A stretch of DNA of 64,000 nucleotides from Bacillota bacterium (GCA_051747745.1 JBNJGL010000006.1:3133-67132), one strand, 5' to 3'. Shown: positions 9,492 through 18,306, numbered from the stretch's first letter. Numbers and translations are program-made. Notes: generated from the letters alone by a model not told the origin.

Positions 9492-11347
9492 TGGATCAGT
9501 GCAGTCAGATAAATATAGATAACAGTGTTGATGCTGATCCCAAAATTGTTCTTGCCGGTAATCCAAATGTAGGTAAATCGATATTTTTTAATTACCTGAC
9601 AGGAATATATGTAAGTGTTTCTAATTATCCCGGGACTACACTTGATATCAGCAGCGGTAAAATGGAGAATTATACCGTATATGATACACCTGGTGTTTAT
9701 GGAGTTGGATCCATAAATGATGAGGAGAGAGTCGCCAGGGATTTTATTATTTCTGCAGATATAATAATTAATGTGGTAGATGCAAGTCATCTGGAAAGAG
9801 ATCTATTTTTGACACAGCAGCTTATTGATATGGATAAAAGAGTTATTGTTGCTTTAAATATGATGGATGAAGTGGAAAAAAATGATATTGAAATAGATAT
9901 TACAACTCTGGAAAAAAAGCTGGGTGTTCCTGTTGTACCAACTGCAGCTGCTAAAGACAGAGGCCTGTTGGAATTGAAAGAAAAAATAGATTCAGCCTGT
10001 AGTGGTAATAAAATTTTTGCAGATGATAAAAATTTAAGACAATTATATAAAGACATAAGTAATGATACTGACTCATCTGCAGAAGCTGTTATGCTTCTGG
10101 AAGAAGATGAGTCTATGATATGTAAATATGGGGATAATTATCCTGAATTAAGAGAAAAAATATATACATTAAGAAGAAAAAAAGTAGACAATATCACTGC
10201 GGAAACTGTTCATTATAATTTAAAAGAAAATGGATTTGCCGCAAATCTTGCCAGATATATGGTTAAACCTGTAACAGGAATTCCAATGCTGATTGTTCTT
10301 TTGTTTTTAATCTATCAATTTATTGGTGTTTTTGTTGCTCAGTATATTGTTGGATTTACTGAAGGATGGTTTTTTAAAGGACATTATGAACCTTTTGTCA
10401 GATCAATTATTTCATCTTCAGTAGGCCTTGATAATTTTCTGGGTAATCTGCTGGCTGGAGAATTTGGTGTTTTAACTATGTCAGCAACATATATTTTTGG
10501 ACTTTTAATGCCACTTGTTGGGGGATTTTATTTAATGCTGTCAATTCTTGAAGATACAGGTTATCTGCCCAGAATTGCTGTTCTTGTTGATAGATTTCTG
10601 CAGAAGATTGGTCTAAATGGACGTGCGATAATACCAATGCTGCTTGGTTTTGGTTGTGTTACTATGGCTACTATTACCACCAGGCTGCTTGGTACAAATA
10701 GAGAACGAATCATTGCTATATTTCTGCTTGGACTGGCAATACCATGTTCCGCACAGCTGGGAGTGATTGCAGGTTTAATTGCAAAATTGGATCTGTTCTA
10801 TGTTGTAGTTTATGTTCTCACTATTTTTATTATTTATGTACTTGCAGGTACATTTCTTAATAAGGTTTTACCAGGAGAATCAAGTGATTTGTTAATAGAT
10901 TTACCTCCAATAAGACTTCCAAAACTGGTCAATGTTCTTAAAAAAACATATCAGCAGACAGCTGCATTTGTCAGAGAGGCTGGCCCGATTTTTGTTCTTG
11001 GTGCAGCTTTGATAACAGTTATGGAAGTTTCTGGATTTTTAAATGCAGTTACATCTTTTGCAAGACCGCTTATTACTGGCTGGCTGGGCCTTCCGGCAGA
11101 AACTACAACTGCTTTTATTATGGGAATAATTAGAAGAGATTTTGGTGCTGCTGGATTAACCTCAATTTCTCTTACATCAGCCCAGATTACAGTTTCTTTA
11201 ATTACATTGACTTTATTTGTACCGTGTATTGCTGCAATGATGATAATGATTAAAGAGAGAAATCTAAAAGAAGCAGTATATATATGGTTTGGAAGCTGGA
11301 TAACTGCTTTTGTTACAGGGGGAATAGTTAATTTTTTGATATTTTAA
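9491..11347 (+). CDS. feoB: ferrous iron transporter FeoB
   Basis: G-domain motifs GNPNVGKS and DTPG, followed by a polytopic membrane domain. I chose ATG 9491 (MDQCSQ...). The track ORF start at 9377 would overlap feoA in another frame. Confidence 0.9.
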   Translation: MDQCSQINIDNSVDADPKIVLAGNPNVGKSIFFNYLTGIYVSVSNYPGTTLDISSGKMENYTVYDTPGVYGVGSINDEERVARDFIISADIIINVVDASHLERDLFLTQQLIDMDKRVIVALNMMDEVEKNDIEIDITTLEKKLGVPVVPTAAAKDRGLLELKEKIDSACSGNKIFADDKNLRQLYKDISNDTDSSAEAVMLLEEDESMICKYGDNYPELREKIYTLRRKKVDNITAETVHYNLKENGFAANLARYMVKPVTGIPMLIVLLFLIYQFIGVFVAQYIVGFTEGWFFKGHYEPFVRSIISSSVGLDNFLGNLLAGEFGVLTMSATYIFGLLMPLVGGFYLMLSILEDTGYLPRIAVLVDRFLQKIGLNGRAIIPMLLGFGCVTMATITTRLLGTNRERIIAIFLLGLAIPCSAQLGVIAGLIAKLDLFYVVVYVLTIFIIYVLAGTFLNKVLPGESSDLLIDLPPIRLPKLVNVLKKTYQQTAAFVREAGPIFVLGAALITVMEVSGFLNAVTSFARPLITGWLGLPAETTTAFIMGIIRRDFGAAGLTSISLTSAQITVSLITLTLFVPCIAAMMIMIKERNLKEAVYIWFGSWITAFVTGGIVNFLIF

Positions 11348-11406
11348 AACCTGTTATAATTGCTGGGATTTACATTATCTGAGCAAATTAATTAAGGAGT
11401 ATAGTT

Positions 11407-11568
11407 ATGAAAAACTGCAGCATCGAAAATGATAAATTAAGGCAGGAAATTACCTGTCCAACCTGTGGATTGAAAATAAAGGAATCTAAAACTTTAAAAT
11501 GTCCGCGGTGTAATAGTTTTTTATTTCCTAAATGTTCTGATTGTAATAAGTGCAGTTTATTTAATTGA
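11407..11568 (+). CDS. unlisted 53-aa cysteine-rich zinc-ribbon-like protein
   Basis: AAGGAG at 11394-11399 lies 7 nt before the ATG. Translation: MKNCSIENDKLRQEITCPTCGLKIKESKTLKCPRCNSFLFPKCSDCNKCSLFN. It has 8 Cys, including CPTC and CPRC knuckles. It falls below the ORF-track size cutoff. Confidence 0.6.
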   Translation: MKNCSIENDKLRQEITCPTCGLKIKESKTLKCPRCNSFLFPKCSDCNKCSLFN

Positions 11569-11613
11569 TTTTTCTTTACAGCCAAAGTATAATATATTTA
11601 GTGAGGTGAGAAC

Positions 11614-12081
11614 ATGAAAGAATTTGCCAAAGTGCTAAAAAATGAAAATAACAAAAGTCTTGTTAGAATAGAAAGAATTTCAGCCTGCAGTAAATGTAAT
11701 AAACAGTGTCTGCTTGGCGAGCAGAGTCATGAAATTGAAGAAATGGAAGTGCTGGTTGATGACCCGATTGGAGTAAAACCTGGAGAAACCGTAATACTGG
11801 AAATGGAAGCACAACCTATTTTATTTGCTTCTATGATTGTTTATCTTGTTCCAATTATTTCGCTTATTATGGGATACTTTGCAGGGATATCACTGTTTTC
11901 TGGATTTATCGTTAATGAAGAAATTGCGGGTATATTGGGATCAGTTGTATCTTTTCCTCTGTCATTTTTGATATTAAGACTTTTTGATTTAAAAGCAAGT
12001 TCAAATAACCGCTATCATCCAAAAATAACAGAAATAGTTAATGGTGATACTTTTAATTTTAATGAACAGTGTGAAGTTTAA
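11614..12081 (+). CDS. RseC/MucC-family (SoxR-reducing system) membrane protein
   Basis: N-terminal Cys cluster ACSKCNKQC, followed by two TM helices. Size and layout are typical of the RseC_MucC family. Confidence 0.7.
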   Translation: MKEFAKVLKNENNKSLVRIERISACSKCNKQCLLGEQSHEIEEMEVLVDDPIGVKPGETVILEMEAQPILFASMIVYLVPIISLIMGYFAGISLFSGFIVNEEIAGILGSVVSFPLSFLILRLFDLKASSNNRYHPKITEIVNGDTFNFNEQCEV

Positions 12082-12210
12082 TATTTTGTCTTTTAAATAA
12101 AGTATAGAGTTTTTGATTTTTAGACATCATTCGATTTCTTGATAAAGAAAAATAAAATAAGAAGATAAGCACCTATAAATAGGAAAATTTAGAGGTAGAA
12201 AATTGAGAAG

Positions 12211-13593
12211 GTGAATTTAGTGGCAGCAGAAGAAAAGGGACTTAAAAAGGCAGTTATAAATGATGATTTTTCAGCGAAAAAAATGATATTAAAACTTGCC
12301 TGGCCAGTTATAGCAGAACAGTCACTTGCAACTATTACACATATAGTGGATATGATGATGGTGGGTCGTCTCGGTGCTTCTTCTGTGACAGCAATTGGGT
12401 TAACAATGCAGCCTTTGTTTTTTTCTACTGCACTTGCTTCTGCACTTGGAGTTGGGACAACTGCATTAGTATCCAGATTTGTTGGTTCTAATAATGCAAA
12501 AAAAGCAGGAAATGTTCTGCAGCAGTCAATTTTAATGGCAGGGGTAATAAGCCTTTTAATTGCTGCTTTTTTTTATATAACTGCCCCGAATATACTTTCA
12601 CTTATGGGTGCAGATCAGGAAGTAAATATACTTGGAACTGGTTATTTTAGAATAATGATGCCTGGATATGTATTTATGGTAATTGGATTTATAATAACTG
12701 CTGCTCTGCGGGGAGCTGGAGAAACAAAGCTGCCCATGAAGGTAAATATAGTGGTCAATATTATAAATGTACTGGGAAATTATCTGCTTATTTTTGGGAA
12801 CTTTGGTTTTCCAAAACTGGGTTTAAATGGAGCTGCAATTTCTACGACTTTTGCCAGAGCTGGTGGAGGTGTAATTTTTTTTATTATAGCACTATCTTCT
12901 TTGAGCTCTATTAAGATGGAATTTGATAAATTCTTTAAATTAGATTTTAGCCTTCTGAAGAGAATTTTGAAAATTGGTATTCCCACTGCTATGGAAGAAT
13001 CAGTTAGGCGGTTTGCTCAGCTTCTTTTTGTTAGAGTGATTTCTTCTCTTGGAACTACAGCTTTTGCCTCACATCAGATTGCTATCAATGCAGAATCTAT
13101 TTCTTATATGCCTGGATTTGGTATAGCAGTTGCTGCAACTACTCTTGTCGGTCAAAATCTGGGAGCAGATAATCCGGATGGAGCTGAAGAAGGTACATAT
13201 GAAGCATGGAAGATAGGTTCAATAATAATGGGATTTATGGCAGTAATATTTCTGTTTTTTCCCGAATATCTGGTAAGACTTTATACAGATGATCCGGATA
13301 TTATTAAACTGGCATCAATTAACCTCAGAATAGTCGCTTTTTCACAGATCCCAATGGGAACACATTTTATTTTTGCAGGAGCTCTGAGAGGAGCAGGTGA
13401 TACTAAAGCAGTATTTTACAGTACTGCTGTTTCCAGCTGGATTTTCCGCCTGGTTTTAGGTTATATTTTAGTTCACCCTCTGGGAATGGGTCTCAAAGGT
13501 GGCTGGATTGCAATGGTTGTTGATTGGATTATGAGGGGAAGTTATGTTGTTTATCGATTTAGAGGTGGCAGCTGGAAATTTATTGATGTTTAA
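12211..13593 (+). CDS. MATE family efflux transporter
   Basis: 460 aa, about 12 TM segments, with NorM/MATE-like repeats (AEQSLATITHIVDMMMVGRLG ..., second half PTAMEES...). Confidence 0.85.
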   Translation: MNLVAAEEKGLKKAVINDDFSAKKMILKLAWPVIAEQSLATITHIVDMMMVGRLGASSVTAIGLTMQPLFFSTALASALGVGTTALVSRFVGSNNAKKAGNVLQQSILMAGVISLLIAAFFYITAPNILSLMGADQEVNILGTGYFRIMMPGYVFMVIGFIITAALRGAGETKLPMKVNIVVNIINVLGNYLLIFGNFGFPKLGLNGAAISTTFARAGGGVIFFIIALSSLSSIKMEFDKFFKLDFSLLKRILKIGIPTAMEESVRRFAQLLFVRVISSLGTTAFASHQIAINAESISYMPGFGIAVAATTLVGQNLGADNPDGAEEGTYEAWKIGSIIMGFMAVIFLFFPEYLVRLYTDDPDIIKLASINLRIVAFSQIPMGTHFIFAGALRGAGDTKAVFYSTAVSSWIFRLVLGYILVHPLGMGLKGGWIAMVVDWIMRGSYVVYRFRGGSWKFIDV

Positions 13594-13683
13594 TTTTATA
13601 TTTCAGTTTATTAAAATTTGTAGACACATCAAAATTTAGTTTTAAAATAAAACTGTAATTCAGCTTATTAAAGGGAGGTCAAT

Positions 13684-14178
13684 ATGTTTAAAAAGATTAT
13701 TATTTTTATTTTTATCTTTGTATTTGCATTTTTATCAGTAAACTTTGTTTCAGCTAACTCTGATAAGGATAATATATCTGAAAATGAAAAGATTAATGTG
13801 GAGATGATTTTAGAAGAAAATAAATTTTCAAAAACAGATAAAGAGGAAATAGTATTTAAAATTAATAATTTAAGCAGTGAGGATATCAACTTAATTTTTA
13901 ATTCAGGTAAAAAATTTGATTTTTATTTATTTGAACTCGATTATGATTTATCTGAGATTAGAAAAAACTATAACTATTCTGCTGTCTATCAGTGGTCAGA
14001 AGATAAAATGTTCAGACAGGCATTTCAGGAAATCAAACTTCCTTCAGAAGATAGTTTGTCTTTTGATGTTAGTTTTAATTTTACAGATATACCTGAAGGA
14101 GAATATCTGCTAATAGGGGAACTGCTTTCTCAAAATTATATAATTCGAAGTTCGATAATAAAAGTAACTGTTAAATAA
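13684..14178 (+). CDS. secreted BsuPI-like (proteinase-inhibitor Ig-fold) protein
   Basis: Has a signal peptide. The pattern IVFKINNLSSEDINLIFNSGKKFDFYLFE...YQWSEDKMFRQAFQEIKLPSEDS resembles the BsuPI domain. Confidence 0.55.
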   Translation: MFKKIIIFIFIFVFAFLSVNFVSANSDKDNISENEKINVEMILEENKFSKTDKEEIVFKINNLSSEDINLIFNSGKKFDFYLFELDYDLSEIRKNYNYSAVYQWSEDKMFRQAFQEIKLPSEDSLSFDVSFNFTDIPEGEYLLIGELLSQNYIIRSSIIKVTVK

Positions 14179-14261
14179 TGAATGACGAAGAGAATAAGTA
14201 TGATTTACATATTTTAATTATATAATTGAAAATTCAGAATATTTTTATTTTAAAAAAAGGC

Positions 14262-14290
14262 TTGCATTTTTTCACAAGTAAATATATAAT
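14262..14290 (+). promoter_or_regulatory. sigma-A-type promoter feeding the tandem T-box leaders
   Basis: TTGCAT (14262-14267), a 17-nt spacer, then TATAAT (14285-14290). Confidence 0.55.
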
Positions 14291-14310
14291 TATAAAAACT
14301 TAAACAAAAA

Positions 14311-14585
14311 TATTTATATAAATCCTGAGAAAGGGAGAGTAACTTTAATCGGAGAATAAAGCAATCCAGAGCAGCTGAGAGTCTGGACTTAAGATTAAAG
14401 TGAAGCGCACCCTGGAGGAGTTTTATTGAAAGTTCATAAACTGTGATAAGTAAATCTTATTAAAATGGACAGATAGATAAAAACACAAACCTGTGTTAAA
14501 GGTAATGAGTGGATAAACTAAATTTGTTTGTCAACTGGAGTGGTACCACGGGAATATCTCGTCTCTTTTATAGAGGCGATTTTTT
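14311..14585 (+). promoter_or_regulatory. T-box riboswitch copy 1 (Arg, CGC specifier)
   Basis: Stem I has a perfect helix ACTTTAATC/GATTAAAGT. The specifier loop is AGAGTA // GAAGCGCA, with CGC at 14406-14408 followed by A. T-box motif GGAGTGGTACCACGG. Terminator TCGTCTCT/AGAGGCGA plus T-run at 14558-14585. Confidence 0.85.
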
Positions 14586-14600
14586 ATATTTAAAATAGAA

Positions 14601-14884
14601 TATTTATATAAATCCTGAGAAAGGGAGAGTAACTTTAATCGCAGAATAAAGCAATCCAGAGCAGCTGAGAGTCTGGACTTAAGATTAAAGTGAAGCGCAT
14701 CCTGGAGGAGTTTTATCGAAGGTTCATAAACTGTGATAAGTAAATCTTATTAAAATGGACAGATAGATAAAAACACAAATCTGTGTTAAAGATAATGAGT
14801 GGATAAACTAAATTTGTTTGTCAACTAGAGTGGTAACACGGGCAGTCCTCGTCTCTTATTATTATTAAGAGCGGGGACTTTTTT
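14601..14884 (+). promoter_or_regulatory. T-box riboswitch copy 2 (Arg, CGC specifier)
   Basis: Lies 290 bp downstream of copy 1 with the same architecture. CGC is at 14696-14698. T-box motif AGAGTGGTAACACGG. It has its own diverged terminator, GTCCTCGTCTCTT...AAGAGCGGGGAC plus TTTTTT. Confidence 0.8.
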
Positions 14885-14896
14885 ATATATTTTTTA

Positions 14897-15631
14897 ATGG
14901 GGGTGATTAAAATTATTAAATTTAAAGGAGTAAATAAATGGTTTGGAGACTTACATGTTCTCAAAGATATTAATTTAGAGATAAAAAAGGGAGAAGTTGT
15001 TGTAATCATAGGGGCAAGCGGTTCCGGTAAAAGCACAATGCTGAGATGTATCAATTGTCTGGAAAATTTTCAGGAAGGAGAAGTTATAGTTGATGATATA
15101 AAACTTAATAATGAGACAAATAAAATGGAAGTTAGAAAAGAAGTAGGTATGGTGTTTCAACAATTTAACCTTTTTCCACATAAAAACGTGCTTGAGAATA
15201 TCATAATTGGTCCTGTGCATTCGCGAAAAATTTCTAGAGGAAAGGCGGAAGAAAGGGCAGTTAAACTGCTGGAGAAAGTAGGAATATCTGAAAAAATTGA
15301 CTCATATCCCTCGTCTCTCTCAGGAGGGCAGAAGCAGAGAGTTGCGATAGCCAGAGCACTTGCAATGCAGCCGAAGGTGATGCTGTTTGATGAACCAACA
15401 TCTGCGCTGGACCCTGAAATGATAAAAGATGTATTAAATGTTATGCGTGATTTAGCCAATGAAGGTATGACAATGGCTGTAGTCACACATGAACTTGGCT
15501 TTGCCAGAGAGGTTGCAAATAGAATTGTTTTTATTGATGAAGGGAGGATTGTTGAAATAAATAAATCTGAGGAATTTTTTGCAAATCCTGTTGAAAAAAG
15601 AAGTAAAGAATTTTTGAGTCAAATTTTGTAG
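14897..15631 (+). CDS. polar amino acid ABC transporter ATP-binding protein (GlnQ/ArtP-like)
   Basis: Walker A GASGSGKST, signature LSGGQKQR, Walker B MLFDEPTSALD. ATG 14897 has no SD. GGGGGTGA at 14899-14906 sits 5 nt before an in-frame ATT at 14912 (see findings). Confidence 0.9.
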   Translation: MGVIKIIKFKGVNKWFGDLHVLKDINLEIKKGEVVVIIGASGSGKSTMLRCINCLENFQEGEVIVDDIKLNNETNKMEVRKEVGMVFQQFNLFPHKNVLENIIIGPVHSRKISRGKAEERAVKLLEKVGISEKIDSYPSSLSGGQKQRVAIARALAMQPKVMLFDEPTSALDPEMIKDVLNVMRDLANEGMTMAVVTHELGFAREVANRIVFIDEGRIVEINKSEEFFANPVEKRSKEFLSQIL

Positions 15632-15743
15632 TATAGAGAAGGGGGTTATTATTATAGATACTTTATTAGAAAAGAAATCAGATTATAAATATGGGGATTA
15701 TGGAGAAAAATGGTTTGCTGATACAAAGAGTTTTGAAGAAGAT

Positions 15744-16622
15744 TTGGAAGAATACTGGGGAGAAAAATGGAGCGTCTCTTCTGAAGTAGGTAAATTAAAA
15801 GCTGTGCTTTTGAGAAGGCCGGGTAAAGAAGTGGAGAATGTTACTGATCCTGCAAAATGGCGCTGGGGTAGTACAGTAGATCCAGAAAAAATGCGCTGGC
15901 AGCATGATGAATTTGCAGAAATTTATAAAGAAAATGGAGTAGATGTATATTATGTTGAGGGTCAAAGAAAAGACAGGCCAAATTCAATTTTTATGAGGGA
16001 TAATGTTCTTGGTACTCCAGAGGGAGTAATACTCTGTCGTCAGGCACTTGATGTGCGAAGGGGAGAAGAAAAAGCTGTTGCAAAATCCCTTGTAGAAATT
16101 GGAGTTCCAATTATTAGAACGGTGAGTGGAAAAGGAGTATTTGAAGGTGCATGTGGTCTCTGGATTGATAGAAAAACAATAATTCTTGGTACAGGGGTTA
16201 GGTCAAATATGGATGGTGTCAAACAGGTAGAAGAAGTTTTGGCTTCAATGGGAGTAGAGAATATACTGCATTTTCAGATACCATATGGACATGCTCATCT
16301 TGACGGCTTGATAAATATAGTTGATAAGAAAAAAGCCTTAATATTTCCCTGGCAGGTACCATATGATGTCATTGAATTTTTGTTAAATAAAGGGTTTGAA
16401 ATTATAGAAGCTCCATCAATTAATGAAGTGAAAAAAGGTATGGCTGTAAATTTAGTTGCTTTAGAACCGGGTAAAGTTATACTGCCGGCTGGAAATCCAG
16501 CTACAAAAAATATTTTGCAAAAAAATGATGTTGAGGTTCTGGAGGTCGATGTTTCAGAAATTATGAAGGCTTATGGTTCACTACACTGTATGTCAGCATT
16601 TTTAAAAAGGGATGAAATTTAA
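15744..16622 (+). CDS. arginine-deiminase/amidinotransferase-fold (guanidino-group modifying) enzyme; the true start is probably upstream
   Basis: Contains SEVGKLKAVLLRRPG, HAHLDG and the C-terminal catalytic-type GSLHCMS. The frame is open back to 15618 with no canonical start before TTG 15744. Confidence 0.7.
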   Translation: MEEYWGEKWSVSSEVGKLKAVLLRRPGKEVENVTDPAKWRWGSTVDPEKMRWQHDEFAEIYKENGVDVYYVEGQRKDRPNSIFMRDNVLGTPEGVILCRQALDVRRGEEKAVAKSLVEIGVPIIRTVSGKGVFEGACGLWIDRKTIILGTGVRSNMDGVKQVEEVLASMGVENILHFQIPYGHAHLDGLINIVDKKKALIFPWQVPYDVIEFLLNKGFEIIEAPSINEVKKGMAVNLVALEPGKVILPAGNPATKNILQKNDVEVLEVDVSEIMKAYGSLHCMSAFLKRDEI

Positions 16623-16647
16623 AAAAAGAGAAGGAGAGTAGATAAAA

Positions 16648-17442
16648 ATGAAAAAATTATTAAACTGTTTTGTAATACTGTTATTATTGTTTGCAGTGAC
16701 TGCTGCTGTTTCTGCAGAAGAGATGACTACTTTGGAAGAGATAAGTGAAAGAGGAAAGATCATTGTTGGTACTGCACCGGGCTATTTCCCATTTGAAATG
16801 ATAGATGACAATGGTGAGGTTATGGGATTTGATATTGATATGGCTGAAGCAATTGCATCTGAACTTGGAGTTGAGCTTGAAATTAAAAGCTTTCAGTGGT
16901 CTGGAGTTATTCCAGCCCTACAGACAGGAAAAGTTGATATGCTTATCGCCGGAATGACAATAACACCTGGTAGAGCCTTAAAAGTAACTTTTAGTGATCC
17001 ATATTTCGATACAGGTCTTGCGATGCTGGTAAACAATAGTGTAGAGGGGATATCAAGCTGGAAAGAGTTAGATACTGAAGATAACAAAATTGGTGTCTGT
17101 CTGGGCCAGACAAGTGATTTTTATGCAGAAAGCTATTTTCAGAATGCTGAAATTGCAAAATATCAGGGTTCAGAAAACCTTGCCCTTGCAGTGATGAGCG
17201 GAAAAGTAGATGCAGGCATACATGATGAGCCGTGGGTTTTAATAGCAGCACAAAAAAATAAAGATAAAACATATGCTGTAACTGAAGTACATGCAAAGCA
17301 ATCACTTGGAATGACACTTCCTCATAATGATCTAGAATTTAAAGCATGGGTTGACAGTTTTTTAACATATTATAAACAAAGACCGGAATATCAGGAAAGT
17401 TACAACTACTGGTTTGTTGATATGCCCTGGCTTGATGAATAA
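16648..17442 (+). CDS. polar amino acid ABC transporter substrate-binding protein (family 3)
   Basis: Has a signal peptide and a family-3 SBP pattern (GTAPGYFPFE..., GFDIDMA..., VDMLIAGMTITPGR). Confidence 0.88.
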   Translation: MKKLLNCFVILLLLFAVTAAVSAEEMTTLEEISERGKIIVGTAPGYFPFEMIDDNGEVMGFDIDMAEAIASELGVELEIKSFQWSGVIPALQTGKVDMLIAGMTITPGRALKVTFSDPYFDTGLAMLVNNSVEGISSWKELDTEDNKIGVCLGQTSDFYAESYFQNAEIAKYQGSENLALAVMSGKVDAGIHDEPWVLIAAQKNKDKTYAVTEVHAKQSLGMTLPHNDLEFKAWVDSFLTYYKQRPEYQESYNYWFVDMPWLDE

Positions 17443-17456
17443 AATAATTAAATTAA

Positions 17457-17483
17457 AGAGGGCAGTAATTACTGTCCTCTTTT
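17457..17483 (+). terminator. intra-operon hairpin/attenuator after the binding-protein gene
   Basis: 10-bp stem AGAGGGCAGT/ACTGTCCTCT (one G-U pair), loop AATT, then TTT. Confidence 0.45.
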
Positions 17484-17504
17484 AAAAAAGGAGAGTAATA
17501 ATTT

Positions 17505-18170
17505 ATGGGTGGATATAATTTTGATTGGGGAGTTATTATAAAATATTTTCCCGTTTTATTGGGTGGATTAAAGATGACCCTTTTTATTTCAGGATTGGCT
17601 ACAGTACTGGGAATAATCATTGGATTAATGGCTGGACTGGCAAGAGTAGCGAAAAATAAATATATCAACCTTCTGTCTTCAATTTATGTACAGGTTGTCA
17701 GGGGAATACCATTACTTGTATTTTTGCTCTATATTTATTTTGGTTTTGGAAGTTTTATAGATGTTTCGGCTTTACTGGCCGCAATAGTTGGTCTGGGAGT
17801 TTTTAGTGGCGCTTATGTTGCTGAAATTGTTAGAGGTGGAATAGAGTCTATACCTAAAGGACAGTGGGAAGCGGCTCAAAGTATTGGGTTAAGTTACAGG
17901 CAGCAGATGAGGTTAATAATACTGCCACAGGCTCTTAGAGCAATATTACCTGCACTAGCAGGACAGTTTATAATTTTAATTAAAGATTCTTCACTGGTTT
18001 CGGTAATATCCATTGTAGAATTAACTCTAATATCTAAAAATCTTGTTGTCCGGACATTTCAGGCATTTGAGGTATGGACTCTTACAGCAGCATTTTATCT
18101 TGTTATAACATATACTCTGTCAAAATTAATTGGACTGCTGGAAAATAAGTATAAAAGTTACAGTATGTAA
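17505..18170 (+). CDS. polar amino acid ABC transporter permease (His/Glu/Gln/Arg/opine family)
   Basis: 221 aa with about 5 TM segments. EAA-loop motif: EAAQSIGLSYRQQMRLIILPQALR. Confidence 0.9.
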   Translation: MGGYNFDWGVIIKYFPVLLGGLKMTLFISGLATVLGIIIGLMAGLARVAKNKYINLLSSIYVQVVRGIPLLVFLLYIYFGFGSFIDVSALLAAIVGLGVFSGAYVAEIVRGGIESIPKGQWEAAQSIGLSYRQQMRLIILPQALRAILPALAGQFIILIKDSSLVSVISIVELTLISKNLVVRTFQAFEVWTLTAAFYLVITYTLSKLIGLLENKYKSYSM

Positions 18171-18222
18171 GGATACCATTTTTGATTTATCTGAATAAAA
18201 ACAAAAAAATTTTAAAAATCTA

Positions 18223-18251
18223 TTGACAAAATATATATGGTTATATATAAT
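18223..18251 (+). promoter_or_regulatory. sigma-A-type promoter of the glycine reductase (grdX) operon
   Basis: TTGACA (18223-18228), a 17-nt spacer, then TATAAT (18246-18251). Confidence 0.6.
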
Positions 18252-18306
18252 TATTGATGTAAGGACTTTGTGAAATATTTATCTAAAAGAAAATATGGTG
18301 ATTGAA

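Noticed and set aside
11388-11585. A 65-aa minus-strand ORF between feoB and rseC.
   Set aside because: It has no RBS. The plus strand carries a Cys-rich ORF with a strong AAGGAG and the same orientation as its neighbours.
14299-14884. A 290-bp tandem repeat considered as a possible CRISPR, minisatellite or mobile-element remnant.
   Set aside because: There are only two units with no spacer architecture. Each unit folds as a full T-box leader with its own terminator.
14821-15054. A 77-aa minus-strand ORF.
   Set aside because: It runs antisense across the T-box 2 terminator and the start of the ABC ATPase gene, so it is spurious.
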